53,074 bases of DNA from Patescibacteria group bacterium (GTDB taxonomy: Bacteria > Patescibacteriota > Minisyncoccia > Phycocordibacterales > Zambryskibacteraceae): positions 1 through 53,074 of the forward strand of contig SCSN01000002.1 in NCBI GenBank assembly GCA_004322205.1. Reading direction: 5' to 3'. Positions within the stretch are counted from its first letter, which is position 1, and every line of letters begins with the position of its first letter. The position numbers were made by a program, and so were the translations under genes. Positions 1 through 8,531 of the stretch are shown here, piece after piece. The notes under the pieces are model-generated. The model saw nothing but the letters and a program-made list of their open reading frames with translations, was not told the origin of the DNA and made no database searches.

Positions 1-1
1 T

Positions 2-1393
2 TACGCCAAACTCTCGGTGGTCGGTGAGACGGTCTCTGCCTACTTCACTGCTACCACTACCAGCAACTCGACCTTCCCCAGATTTACCTTCACGGCGGCT
101 ACGGGCACAGATGCCACCACTACCTCTCTCTTCGCCACCATCGCTTCCTCAACAAATCTCTACGGGGCGGGATTGCCGGGAGCGGGATGCTCCGGCAGCG
201 CCAACAAAGTTACTTGGTCAGGTGGAAAATTTAGCTGCGAGACCGATCAAGCGGGTGGTGCGGGTGGAGGAGGGAACTCCAAGTGGGCGACTACAACCGC
301 CAACAGCTCGGCTATTATTCCAAACTCCGCACTTTATGTCGGTATTGGCACCTCAACCATCTACTCCGACGCCCGCTTCAGTCTCTGGGGCATTGGCACC
401 ACTTCCACTTCCACCGCCTTTCAAGTACTCAACAACGCTTCCTCTTCTCTCTTCCAGATCCTGGACTCTGGCAATGTCGGTATCGGCACCACTTCTCCTT
501 ACGCCAAACTCTCGGTGGTGGGGGAGACAGTAGCGGCGTATTTCACGGGCACAACCACGGCAACCTCAACCTTCGGCGGACCTATTCTCACCAACACCAT
601 CGCTACCGACATTTCTTCCACCGCCGGTCTTATTCTCGGCGCCACCGGCACTCCGCAGATTGTGGCTCTCGATACCGTCAACAAGCGGGTGCAGATCGGT
701 CTTGGCAGCGGCTCGGCTAGCCCAGCACTTTTTGTGCTTGATACCAAAAATACTTCCGGCGACCCGACCGGAGTCAACGGCGCCATTTACTACAATAGCA
801 ACACCAACCTTTTCCGATGTTATGAAAATTCAGCCTGGGTTAATTGCGGGGGGCAAGCTACTACTACGAATGTCTGGGTTGACTGCAATATGCCCAAGAC
901 TTCTTCTTCCAACTTCGCGCCGGGCGGAGCGTGGTTTGCTCCGCTTGATATGACAAACAATACTGCCAACCCCGGAGCCTGGACTTTTCAAAACGCCACC
1001 TCGTCCGAGGTAATCTGTCTAGCTCATATTCCCAAGAATCTTAATGCCACACCTGCGGCAAAGGTCTGGACAGTTCTTGTCGGAACCACCACAAGCACCA
1101 ACATTGCTCTGGATATTGACGTTGCGCTCGTCAATCCAAACAGCGGCACTTATGACATTGCGGCTGCGGGTTGGACGAACATTCTGGCGGGTTCAACCAC
1201 GGCGGCTAAGTTGTTTGTAACCGACAGCACGGCTTGGGACGGGGCTTCCACCTCCACCTCAATCAGCTCCGTAACGGCGGGGCAGGATTTGCTTATTCGC
1301 TACCGCAGATGGGGAGCTGACGCCGATGATACGGGCAACAACGACATCTTCATGCCCTCGCAATGGCTGGAGGTGGTAACAGACGCGCAATGA
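2..1393 (+). CDS. 5'-partial Thr/Gly-rich repetitive surface protein (tail-fibre-like repeats)
   Basis: The reading frame is open from the window edge. The motif GIGTTSPYAKLSVVGETV(S/A)AYFT occurs twice (nt 2-50 and 497-545). The protein is extremely Thr/Ser/Gly/Ala-rich, and the IGT-SPxAKL-V motif is typical of tail-fibre/adhesin-like proteins. It ends 1 nt before the next gene. Confidence 0.6.
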   Translation, partial: YAKLSVVGETVSAYFTATTTSNSTFPRFTFTAATGTDATTTSLFATIASSTNLYGAGLPGAGCSGSANKVTWSGGKFSCETDQAGGAGGGGNSKWATTTANSSAIIPNSALYVGIGTSTIYSDARFSLWGIGTTSTSTAFQVLNNASSSLFQILDSGNVGIGTTSPYAKLSVVGETVAAYFTGTTTATSTFGGPILTNTIATDISSTAGLILGATGTPQIVALDTVNKRVQIGLGSGSASPALFVLDTKNTSGDPTGVNGAIYYNSNTNLFRCYENSAWVNCGGQATTTNVWVDCNMPKTSSSNFAPGGAWFAPLDMTNNTANPGAWTFQNATSSEVICLAHIPKNLNATPAAKVWTVLVGTTTSTNIALDIDVALVNPNSGTYDIAAAGWTNILAGSTTAAKLFVTDSTAWDGASTSTSISSVTAGQDLLIRYRRWGADADDTGNNDIFMPSQWLEVVTDAQ

Positions 1394-1394
1394 T

Positions 1395-2105
1395 ATGAAA
1401 AAACACATACTCGCCATTATGTCTATCTTCCTTCTCTCGCTTCCGCCCGAGGCGCTGGCTTTATATTTTACCGGGGGCACAAATTATGTGGGAGTGCCGC
1501 TTGCCACGGCAGAGCCGACAGTCGCTATTACGCTCATGGGCTGGGCGTATTCCACAACAACCGCTTCAGGCCAAGGCGTTGTCGGCAGGACTATCTCAAG
1601 TGGAGGTCCCGGACCCTACTACTTAAGTATCCAAACGACGGGAAATATCCGTTTTTCCTTGAGAACGAGCGCAGTAACGAACTTCACCACCGACAACACG
1701 CCGTTTACGGCTGACAGGTGGTATCATCTGGCGGGCACCTGGGACGGCTCCACCATGAATATCTATATTAACGGGCTATTTTCAACCTCAACCGCAAAAA
1801 CAGGGACACTTTCAACGGCTACTGTAGGCACCGTCATCGAGATAGGAAAGCAGGGAGTCGGGAGTAACAGCCCCATGCAGGGGCATATCGCAGACGTTAG
1901 AATATACAATCGCGCGCTTACCGCCGCCGAGATTAGAAACATTTATTACACCGGTTCCGCCCGCTCCATCCGAGGAGGGCTTCTGCTCCACATGCCGCTT
2001 TGGACACTGCCCGCTTTTGACATATCCGGGCAGCAAAGACACGGGACTTCAACGTCGGGGATAATGATGGGTGGGTTGCCGCCGATTGGGAGGTATAGGA
2101 GATGA
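1395..2105 (+). CDS. secreted LamG/concanavalin-A-like lectin domain protein
   Basis: N-terminal signal peptide (MKKHILAIMSIFLLSLPPEALA). The segment WYHLAGTWDGSTMNIYINGL...IGK...HIADVRIYNRALTAAEIRNIY is the canonical LamG_3 jelly-roll signature. Confidence 0.75.
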   Translation: MKKHILAIMSIFLLSLPPEALALYFTGGTNYVGVPLATAEPTVAITLMGWAYSTTTASGQGVVGRTISSGGPGPYYLSIQTTGNIRFSLRTSAVTNFTTDNTPFTADRWYHLAGTWDGSTMNIYINGLFSTSTAKTGTLSTATVGTVIEIGKQGVGSNSPMQGHIADVRIYNRALTAAEIRNIYYTGSARSIRGGLLLHMPLWTLPAFDISGQQRHGTSTSGIMMGGLPPIGRYRR

Positions 2106-3208
2106 ATATTATGAATAATAAATTTTTAAAAATTATGAAAAAAATTATAGCGATACTTGTTATCGTATTACTAACTGTGCCTGGTGTTGCCTTCTCGCAG
2201 GAAGTTGAAGACGAAAATGCACCCCAGACTGTTGCGGTAGAACCGCAATCAGATCTAAACTCGCCTTCAGAAACTCAAGCAGATCCAAGCTCAACGGCGG
2301 TGAGTGTTACCGTCTCACCCGATGTCCAAGCAACACAGCTCGATCTGCAGGGAAACTCTTCTTTCCAGGACAGCCTTTCTCCACAGGGCACAGCAATTGA
2401 GCAAGAGACAGCAAGCAGCTCGGACCTTGAAGGCACAGTAAATCCCCAAGCTGATGTTTCGACTGCTCCTGCCGACCAAACCTCCACCTCTACATCGTCA
2501 ACCACCCCGCCGACTGCGCCTGACATAATCCCGCTTGACTCTTCTCTTTCCGATTCTACCGGAACGCCGGATGTAGTCATTCCCATTCCGCCTGACACAA
2601 CTTCGACAACGACTAGCACCTCGACAACTCCCGACACTCTCCCGCAGGGTGAAGTACTTGGGGAAGAGAATCCGCAACCTCAAATTCTTGAATATCACGA
2701 GGAAGTGGTCAATCAGGTCCAGCCTGAACCGGAAAAGCCCATTACAGAGATTCGGGCTGAAAAACTAAAGCCCGAAAAGCGCTACACCTTCAAACTTAAA
2801 GGAGGAGTAATTGCCGCCAAAGAAAAACCCGACTGGAAGAGATCAAATGCCGAGAAGAAGGAGAGAACAAAGAGGAAACAGGCGGAGCAGACCATTGCCG
2901 CCACTCCCGCCCTGACCCCCGACGATACTCTCGGCGCCCTTGACATTTCCGGGTCCTGTAGCGATCCGTATTTCGTGATTCTTGTCTATGCCCAACCGGA
3001 AGACTATGATACCAACCCTTCTTCGTATATATTCAATAAGGCCTATCCATGCGTGAGTGGCAGCTACTCGTATTCTCTCAAAGAATTGCCGTCCACTCTT
3101 CCTTCGGGGACGTATTACCTTCTTGTTGGAGGTCAGGGTTCTGAAGGTTCGTGGAAGCCGGTCAGTGCGCTCGTTCCAATTGACATAAAAAATGAACATG
3201 GCAACTAA
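2102..3208 (+). CDS. secreted low-complexity S/T/P-rich (mucin-like) protein
   Basis: N-terminal hydrophobic anchor/signal, followed by long Ser/Thr/Pro/Gln-rich low-complexity regions and a Cys-containing C-terminal domain. The start overlaps the upstream stop by 4 nt (ATGA). Confidence 0.5.
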   Translation: MNIMNNKFLKIMKKIIAILVIVLLTVPGVAFSQEVEDENAPQTVAVEPQSDLNSPSETQADPSSTAVSVTVSPDVQATQLDLQGNSSFQDSLSPQGTAIEQETASSSDLEGTVNPQADVSTAPADQTSTSTSSTTPPTAPDIIPLDSSLSDSTGTPDVVIPIPPDTTSTTTSTSTTPDTLPQGEVLGEENPQPQILEYHEEVVNQVQPEPEKPITEIRAEKLKPEKRYTFKLKGGVIAAKEKPDWKRSNAEKKERTKRKQAEQTIAATPALTPDDTLGALDISGSCSDPYFVILVYAQPEDYDTNPSSYIFNKAYPCVSGSYSYSLKELPSTLPSGTYYLLVGGQGSEGSWKPVSALVPIDIKNEHGN

Positions 3209-3614
3209 TACAATCGTCAGACTCGCCTTGGGGACGCTTCTTCTCTACGCCGCCGTCCTTGGGAGCATCGCGGTTTTTGGGCAATCGGATGCTCTGCCGC
3301 CTCTCTCTCCCAGCCGGTGGCAGGCAGTTTTTCTCTCTGACGGACAGGTCTACTTCGGACATCTTGAAAATTACAACCGCCGATTTGCTCGTCTGACCAA
3401 AGTCTATTACCTCAAGTACGCCAACGATCTTCAGCAGGATCTCTCGGCTTCGGGAGCGCGCTCGTCGGCTCAAAATCTCAACCTCATCAAGCTGGGTGGA
3501 GAAGTGCACGGTCCGGAAGACGCTATGTTTCTCGCTAAGGACAAAATTCTCTTCATTGAAAATTTGAAGGATTCTTCCATAGTGGTGCAGGCGATAAAAA
3601 AGAGCCAGCCGTAA
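3192..3614 (+). CDS. small membrane-anchored hypothetical protein
   Basis: 140-aa ORF with an N-terminal TM helix. It overlaps the upstream gene by 17 nt and is followed by a strong hairpin. Confidence 0.4.
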   Translation: MNMATNTIVRLALGTLLLYAAVLGSIAVFGQSDALPPLSPSRWQAVFLSDGQVYFGHLENYNRRFARLTKVYYLKYANDLQQDLSASGARSSAQNLNLIKLGGEVHGPEDAMFLAKDKILFIENLKDSSIVVQAIKKSQP

Positions 3615-3625
3615 TTCTCGCTCAT

Positions 3626-3660
3626 CAAGGTTAAACCTCGCTAAGCAAGGTTTAACCTTG
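3626..3660 (+). terminator. hairpin terminator (12-bp stem)
   Basis: caaggttaaacc-tcgctaagcaa-ggtttaaccttg is a perfect 12-bp inverted repeat, 12 nt after the stop at 3614. Confidence 0.5.
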
Positions 3661-3739
3661 ATGACTTGCTTAGATGGTCTGTCCGCCTGACCTTGATTAT
3701 TTGGTATTTTTATGTATACTAAATGTGCTTGTGTCGGGT

Positions 3740-4200
3740 GGTTGCCCTATGAGATAGAGTTCGCAAGAGCTCGCTATCTCACGGGGAGGAAAGTCCGAAC
3801 ACGTCCAGCACTTAGCTTACTAAGTGCTGGAGGACGGTAGCGGCTCTGACGTCCCGCGGATGCGGGGTGCGGAGCTCCGACCTCCGCTAAAACGGAGCGT
3901 TGGAGGTAACACCCGTCGAGGGTAATCCCAGAGGTGCGAACAGAGACGTCTCGAGGCGAAAGCCGAGAGACGTCCAGCCCCGCTCGGCGGGGCTGGACGA
4001 ATCCCGCAGTAATGCGGGAGGTGAAACGGCTAAATCCTTACCTACGTGCAAGGCCGTACTCTGGTTGCTAGTGACTAGTTGCTAGAAACCAGTTTGTGCC
4101 GCTTGATCCCGAGAGTAATCGAGGGGCTAGAGAAATGACCATCGTCCCTCACAATAATTTTGTGGGGGATACAGAATTCGGCTTATAGACACAGGCAACC
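3740..4200 (+). ncRNA. rnpB: RNase P RNA (bacterial type A-like)
   Basis: It carries the conserved P4 strands GGAGGAAAGTCCGAACAC (5') and ACAGAATTCGGCTTATAG (3'), with compensatory GG/CC to AA/TT changes. The P1 stem ggttgcc/ggcaacc closes the molecule, and a rho-independent terminator follows directly. No credible ORF is present (the 61-aa ORF inside is spurious). Confidence 0.85.
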
Positions 4201-4240
4201 AAAACAACAAAACCCGCCTAAAGCGGGTTTTGTTGTTTTG
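4201..4240 (+). terminator. rho-independent terminator of rnpB
   Basis: aaaacaacaaaacccgc-ctaaa-gcgggttttgttgtttt is a perfect long hairpin with a T-tract. Confidence 0.8.
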
Positions 4241-4343
4241 CGAGAGGCTTAATTTATGATAAATTTCCCCAAGAATTTCTGGCTTGAAAATATGGTTAAG
4301 TCGGTTATAATGTAAAAATTACTTCTAATATCCAGCAAATATC

Positions 4344-6767
4344 ATGGATAGTGAACAAACAACATCAGACGAAAAAGCGACATCGCAGTTATCAAAACTC
4401 TCATTAGAAAAAATTTCCTATCTTGTCCTCGGCGTCTTCGCCCTGATTCTTCCTTTCTTTCATATTCCTTCGCGACTTTTTAACATTTCTCTCTCCAAAA
4501 GTTTTCTGCTTGCTCTGGCAATTCTCTCGGCGGCGATACTTTATCTCGTAACTCTTATTCGTGAGGGTAGGCTTTCTTTTCAGAAGAATCTCTTGGCGCT
4601 CTCTCTTATTTTGGTGCCGGCTATTGCTCTGTTCTCGGCGATAGTCAATGGCGCAAGGAGTGTCATGATATTTGGTTTTATCTTTGAGCTCGGCACCGTC
4701 GTTTCAGTATTTCTTGGATTTCTCCTCCTTTATCTGACAGGACAGCTCTTCCGCTCCAAGGAAAGAATTTTTTACGCCTATCTCGGTTTCTTCATTTCCT
4801 TTGCTGTCATCGCGCTCTACCACATTATTCGTTTTGTTTTCGGACCCAGCCTTCTCTCTTTTGGCACGCTGACGCTTCAGATCAACAATCTTATCGGGAA
4901 CTGGAACGACCTTACCGTCTTCTTTGCGGCGGCAACTCTTCTCTCGCTCACCACCCTCGAGATGGTGCGGCTCAACCGGCTACTTTCTATTGTCCTTTCC
5001 GTGATTTTTGTTCTCTCCCTTGCTTTTCTTGCGGTTGTGAACTTCTCGACGATTTGGGTGGTGCTCGGTGTTTTCGCTCTCATTCTCTTTCTCTATATCA
5101 TTTCCTTTGATCGTTTTGTTCAAAGCCGGAGCCCTGCTTCAGCGGCGGGAGAGGCGGGGGAGCGGGAAGTTGTTTTTCGCCGAAAAATTTCCTACCGATC
5201 GCTCGCGGTGGTGCTTATTTGTCTTTTCTTTATTATTTTCGGCAAGAGTACTGGAACGCCCGTGGCCGATTTTTTCGGCATCGCCAATATCGAAGTGCGG
5301 CCTTCCTGGACATCAACACTCTCGGTTGCCGGCAAAGTGCTCAAAGAATCACCGCTAGTCGGCAGCGGTCCAAACACATTTACCAGCGACTGGCTGCAGC
5401 ACAAACCGGCAGGCATTAACGAGACGCTCTTTTGGAATACTGATTTTGTCTACGGCATCGGCTTCATCCCGACCACCCTTGTAACTACTGGTGTTCTCGG
5501 ACTCTTCTCCTGGTTGTTCTTTCTCGCCGCGGTTCTCTATTTTGGCGTCCGGGCAGTCTTCTTCACTTTTCCCGATCTTCTCTCGCGCTATCTCATTACC
5601 TCCTCGCTTCTCCTCTCTCTTTTCTTTTGGACCGCCGCTTTCGTCTATGTGCCGAGCATCGTGAATATTTTCCTCGCCTTCTTTTTCACCGGCTTGTTTG
5701 CCGCGTCGCTTTATCGAGAGGGCGTGGTTCGAGAGAATACCGTTCTTCTCTCCATTTATCCCAAGGTTAGTTTTCTCTCAACGCTTCTTTTGGTTGTGCT
5801 TATTATCGGCTTGCTGACTCTTGGCTTTCGCACCATGACGAATTTATTCTCCTTTGTTTCGTTCCAAAAAAGTCTCTTTGCGCTCAACACTAAAGGTGAT
5901 CTTGATGAGGCGGAGCGGCAGATGAGTCGAGCTCTAAATCGCGGCCCGTTCGATCTCTACAGCCGTGCCTTGGCGGAGCTCTACTTTATTCGTTTGAGTA
6001 ACATTATCGCGCAGCCGGTCACCGCTACCAGCGTCGAAGAATTCCGCACTGTTCTTGCCAAAAGCATCGAAAGCGGCCAGAAAGCAGTGTCCGGCGACCC
6101 TAAAAATTACCAAAACTGGCTAACACTGGCTCGGATTTATAGCTCTCTTGTGCCGCCCACAGTTGGTATTCCGGGTGCTTATGAGAGCGCTAAAACCAGC
6201 TATGAGGAAGCTCTTAAAGTCAATCCTCACAGCCCGCTCATTTATCTTGAGCTTAGTAGTCTTGAAGCCGCCCGCGGCGACCTGGAAGCGGCCAGGAACT
6301 ATGTCGACAAGGCTCTTGCCGAAAAACCCAATTACGCCGATGCCCACTTCTTTGTCGCCCGGATCGAGATTACCAGAGGAAACATAACTCAAGCTATTTC
6401 CTCTCTTGAAACGACAGTTCTTCTCAGCCCCGGGAACCCCGGTCTCTTCTTCCAGCTGGGTATTCTTAAATACAGCATTGCTGATTACAATGGGGCGATT
6501 GAAGCCCTTGAGCGGGCGGTCGGGCTCGTTCCCGTTTACGCCAATGCTAAATATTTCTTGGGCTTAAGCTATGCGCGGACGGGGCGCGGGGATGAAGCGA
6601 TTGTTCAATTTGAAGGTGTCGAAAAGACAAACCCCGACAATCAGGAAGTGAAAAATATTCTTACGAACCTGCGCGCCAGCCGTGACCCTTTCGCCAACGT
6701 CAAGCCTCCCCTCGACCGCTCGCCGGAGCGACGAGCTAAACCCCCCATCGAGGAGACAGGAAACTAA
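4344..6767 (+). CDS. polytopic membrane protein (O-antigen ligase/Wzy_C-like) fused to C-terminal TPR repeats
   Basis: About 12 predicted TM helices fill the first ~480 aa. The C-terminal ~300 aa has tandem TPR-like repeats (ARIYSSL..., AHFFVARIEITRGNITQAISSLE..., AKYFLGLSYARTGRGDEAIVQFEGV). This architecture is typical of Wzy_C-family ligase/O-oligosaccharyltransferase-like proteins. The gene sits next to murJ. Confidence 0.55.
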   Translation: MDSEQTTSDEKATSQLSKLSLEKISYLVLGVFALILPFFHIPSRLFNISLSKSFLLALAILSAAILYLVTLIREGRLSFQKNLLALSLILVPAIALFSAIVNGARSVMIFGFIFELGTVVSVFLGFLLLYLTGQLFRSKERIFYAYLGFFISFAVIALYHIIRFVFGPSLLSFGTLTLQINNLIGNWNDLTVFFAAATLLSLTTLEMVRLNRLLSIVLSVIFVLSLAFLAVVNFSTIWVVLGVFALILFLYIISFDRFVQSRSPASAAGEAGEREVVFRRKISYRSLAVVLICLFFIIFGKSTGTPVADFFGIANIEVRPSWTSTLSVAGKVLKESPLVGSGPNTFTSDWLQHKPAGINETLFWNTDFVYGIGFIPTTLVTTGVLGLFSWLFFLAAVLYFGVRAVFFTFPDLLSRYLITSSLLLSLFFWTAAFVYVPSIVNIFLAFFFTGLFAASLYREGVVRENTVLLSIYPKVSFLSTLLLVVLIIGLLTLGFRTMTNLFSFVSFQKSLFALNTKGDLDEAERQMSRALNRGPFDLYSRALAELYFIRLSNIIAQPVTATSVEEFRTVLAKSIESGQKAVSGDPKNYQNWLTLARIYSSLVPPTVGIPGAYESAKTSYEEALKVNPHSPLIYLELSSLEAARGDLEAARNYVDKALAEKPNYADAHFFVARIEITRGNITQAISSLETTVLLSPGNPGLFFQLGILKYSIADYNGAIEALERAVGLVPVYANAKYFLGLSYARTGRGDEAIVQFEGVEKTNPDNQEVKNILTNLRASRDPFANVKPPLDRSPERRAKPPIEETGN

Positions 6768-6800
6768 CATTAGAAATCCCCGCGCTTCCTGCCCGTCTCT

Positions 6801-8477
6801 ATGGTAGAGAGATTTTTTTCATTCATTAATAAAGAGACGAACGGTGTCGAGGCGGCAGCTTATCTTCTCGCTTTCTTTGCTGTCAGTTCGCAAATTCTGG
6901 CTTTGGTGCGGGACAAACTTCTGGCTTTTTCTTTTGGTGCCAGCCATTCGCTCGATCTCTACTACGCCGCCTTCCGAATTCCCGATTTTCTTTTTGTGAC
7001 CGTTGGTTCTCTGGTTTCGCTCTCGGTTCTGGTGCCCTTTTATACGCGAGAGCGAGAGCTCGGTGCGGCGGCGGCAAAATCATTCCTTGACAGTGTCTTT
7101 ACCAGTTTTCTCATCTGTATTGTGGCCGCCGCCGCTCTTGCCTTTGTTCTAATGCCGACACTCGTCTCTTTCTTCTTCCCGGGGTTTACCGGCGAAAGCC
7201 GCGAGACGATAACTCTCATCACCCGCATTCTTCTCCTCTCTCCGGTTCTTCTCGGTGTCTCCAATTTATTTGGTACTGTGAGCCAGGTGAGAAATCGTTT
7301 TTTTGTCTACGCTCTTAGCCCCTTGCTCTACAATCTCGGGATTATTATCGGAGTGGTCGCCCTCTATCCGCTCCTCGGGGTAGTGGGGCTCGCTCTCGGA
7401 GTAGTTATTGGCGCCCTACTCCATGCCAGCGTCCAGCTTCCAACCTTACTTTCACTTGGTTCTCTGCCGCGTCTTGTTGCTCGGCCGGATTTTTCTCTTC
7501 TCCTTCGTCTTGCCCGACATGCGGTGCCGCGAACTGTTACCCTTTCGTTCACCCATATAGCCATTTTCATTCTTCTCTCCTTCGCCTCACTCATGCCGGC
7601 GGGTTCCATTTCCATTTTTTCTCTGGCTTATAACCTCCAATCGGTGCCCCTCTCCATCATTGGCGTCAGTTACTCGCTTGCCGCTTTTCCCGCTCTCTCC
7701 CGATTCTTTGCCTCTGGCGAGAAGATTTCCTTTCTTACCCAAGCGGTTGTATCTGCTCGCCACATCATTTTCTGGTCGGCGCCGGCGACAGTGTTCTTTA
7801 TTGTCCTGCGTGCTCACATTGTCCGCGTCGTTCTTGGGGCGGGAGAGTTCGGCTGGAATGACACGCGCCTCACCGCCGCCGCTCTGGCACTCTTTGTTGT
7901 CTCGGTGGTATTCCAGTCTTTAACGCTCCTTTTTCTCCGGGCGCTCTATGCTTCGGGGCTTACCGGAAGACCCTTCTGGATTACCGCTGTTTCAAGCGCT
8001 CTTATTGTTTTTTCTTCACTTGCGATTACCCGTTTCTTTACGGAGTCGGAGGTCTTCCGGTATTTTCTCGAGTCTCTTCTCAAGGTCGCTGACCTGCCGG
8101 GCACCGTGGTGCTTGCTCTGCCCCTCGGCTTTACTCTCGGCTCGATTCTGGAAGGGGTTCTCATCTGGAGATTATTTGCAAAACGGACGCCGGGTTTTTC
8201 CAATCCGGTTATTCAGAGTTTCTTCCAAAATACGGGAGCGGCAATTGTCGGCGGCTTCGCCATATATCTGGCGCTGCGAATCTTCGACAACATCTTTTCC
8301 CTTGAGCGGTTTTGGGGAGTGTTTTTCCAAGCCGCCCTCTCGGCTCTGGTCGGGCTGGCAGTTTGGATGATTGTCTTGCGAGTGCTTCGCAACCAAGAAC
8401 AAAGAGAAGTTTGGCAGGTGCTCCATAAACGGTTTTGGAAAGCGCCCGTTATCGGTCCTGATACCGGAATGGTCTAG
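6801..8477 (+). CDS. murJ: lipid II flippase MurJ
   Basis: 558 aa with 14 or more TM helices. The N-terminal motif LVRDKLLAFSFGASHSLDLYYAAFRIPDFLF matches the MurJ/MviN signature (FGAS..D.Y..AFRIP). Confidence 0.8.
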   Translation: MVERFFSFINKETNGVEAAAYLLAFFAVSSQILALVRDKLLAFSFGASHSLDLYYAAFRIPDFLFVTVGSLVSLSVLVPFYTRERELGAAAAKSFLDSVFTSFLICIVAAAALAFVLMPTLVSFFFPGFTGESRETITLITRILLLSPVLLGVSNLFGTVSQVRNRFFVYALSPLLYNLGIIIGVVALYPLLGVVGLALGVVIGALLHASVQLPTLLSLGSLPRLVARPDFSLLLRLARHAVPRTVTLSFTHIAIFILLSFASLMPAGSISIFSLAYNLQSVPLSIIGVSYSLAAFPALSRFFASGEKISFLTQAVVSARHIIFWSAPATVFFIVLRAHIVRVVLGAGEFGWNDTRLTAAALALFVVSVVFQSLTLLFLRALYASGLTGRPFWITAVSSALIVFSSLAITRFFTESEVFRYFLESLLKVADLPGTVVLALPLGFTLGSILEGVLIWRLFAKRTPGFSNPVIQSFFQNTGAAIVGGFAIYLALRIFDNIFSLERFWGVFFQAALSALVGLAVWMIVLRVLRNQEQREVWQVLHKRFWKAPVIGPDTGMV

Positions 8478-8531
8478 CGGCAGATGACCACGGTTTAGCT
8501 ATCCGTCCAGACGATTTCAGAAGAACAGGTT

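Noticed and set aside
3900-4085. 61-aa ORF inside the RNase P RNA
   Set aside because: It lies wholly within the structured rnpB gene, is Arg-rich and has no RBS, so it is spurious.
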